Positions 63,743 to 64,000 of a stretch of 64,000 bases of DNA are shown here, one piece after another. The DNA comes from Escherichia phage vB_EcoM_P54: sequence record PV390658.1. One strand, written 5' to 3'. The notes beneath the pieces are model-generated. The model was not told where the DNA came from. It made no database searches and worked only from the letters and a program-made list of their open reading frames with translations. Both the position numbers and the translations under genes were made by a program. Numbering within the stretch: position 1 is the stretch's first letter; the number at the start of each line of letters is the position of its first letter.

Positions 63743-63967
63743 ATGATTAAGACACCTGTACCAATTTTTGGATTCCCTTCTATTGAAGAGTTCAAAGTTT
63801 ATCTTGACAAAAACTTCTACAATGAGCAGCCTGTTACTCTGCTGAAGAGTGACTTATCAGAGCTTCTTGATATGGTTATCAAGGCAACTTCTGAGAAGGA
63901 ACCTGAGCAGAAAGCTGAGAAGAAGACTAGTAAGAAATCTGATAAGAAGACTGAAAAGTCTGAGTAA
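63743..63967 (+). CDS. hypothetical protein (74 aa) with Lys/Glu-rich C-terminus
   Basis: ORF track. Confidence 0.4.
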   Translation: MIKTPVPIFGFPSIEEFKVYLDKNFYNEQPVTLLKSDLSELLDMVIKATSEKEPEQKAEKKTSKKSDKKTEKSE

Positions 63968-64000
63968 TAACTTGAGGGGTTACTTGATAGCCCCTTTGTA

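Overview
The window reads as a ~64 kb segment of a virulent, AT-rich, contractile-tailed phage genome with no host-like genes. Left third (1-14.8 kb, minus strand): nucleotide metabolism and replication genes - nrdD (truncated by the window edge), NrdH-like redoxin, nrdB, nrdA, MazG-like protein, GIY-YIG endonuclease, FEN/RNase H-like exonuclease, acidic-tailed SSB, a fused primase-helicase and dNMP kinase. Middle (15-26 kb, plus strand): family A DNA polymerase, small early-type genes including a tandem paralog pair, ATP-dependent DNA ligase, a two-gene cassette bracketed by two copies of an unusual ~380 bp structured non-coding element, then frd and td. 26.5-49.6 kb (minus strand): a complete morphogenesis module running terminase, portal, S49 protease, decoration protein, major capsid, connectors, sheath, tube, frameshifted chaperones, tape measure, baseplate and two HxH-rich tail fibers. 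49.8-55.5 kb: a minus-strand cluster of about 26 tRNA genes interleaved with small ORFs, an HNH endonuclease and structured non-tRNA spacers, preceded in the same transcriptional direction by a vWA/MIDAS protein. Right end (57.7-64 kb, plus strand): small genes, an Ig-like repeat protein and a GH24 endolysin. The gene content mixes T7-type replication with T4-type nucleotide metabolism in a myophage, resembling Felix O1-type phages (inference only). The best candidates for undescribed biology are the twin structured elements with 5-nt periodic GGYNN tracts and covarying hairpins (20.5-22.3 kb), and the vWA protein plus non-tRNA structured RNAs in the tRNA operon, including a 19 bp perfect inverted repeat. 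All calls come from reading the sequence and translations by eye; no searches were run, and the gene starts I refined and the tRNA anticodons are approximate.
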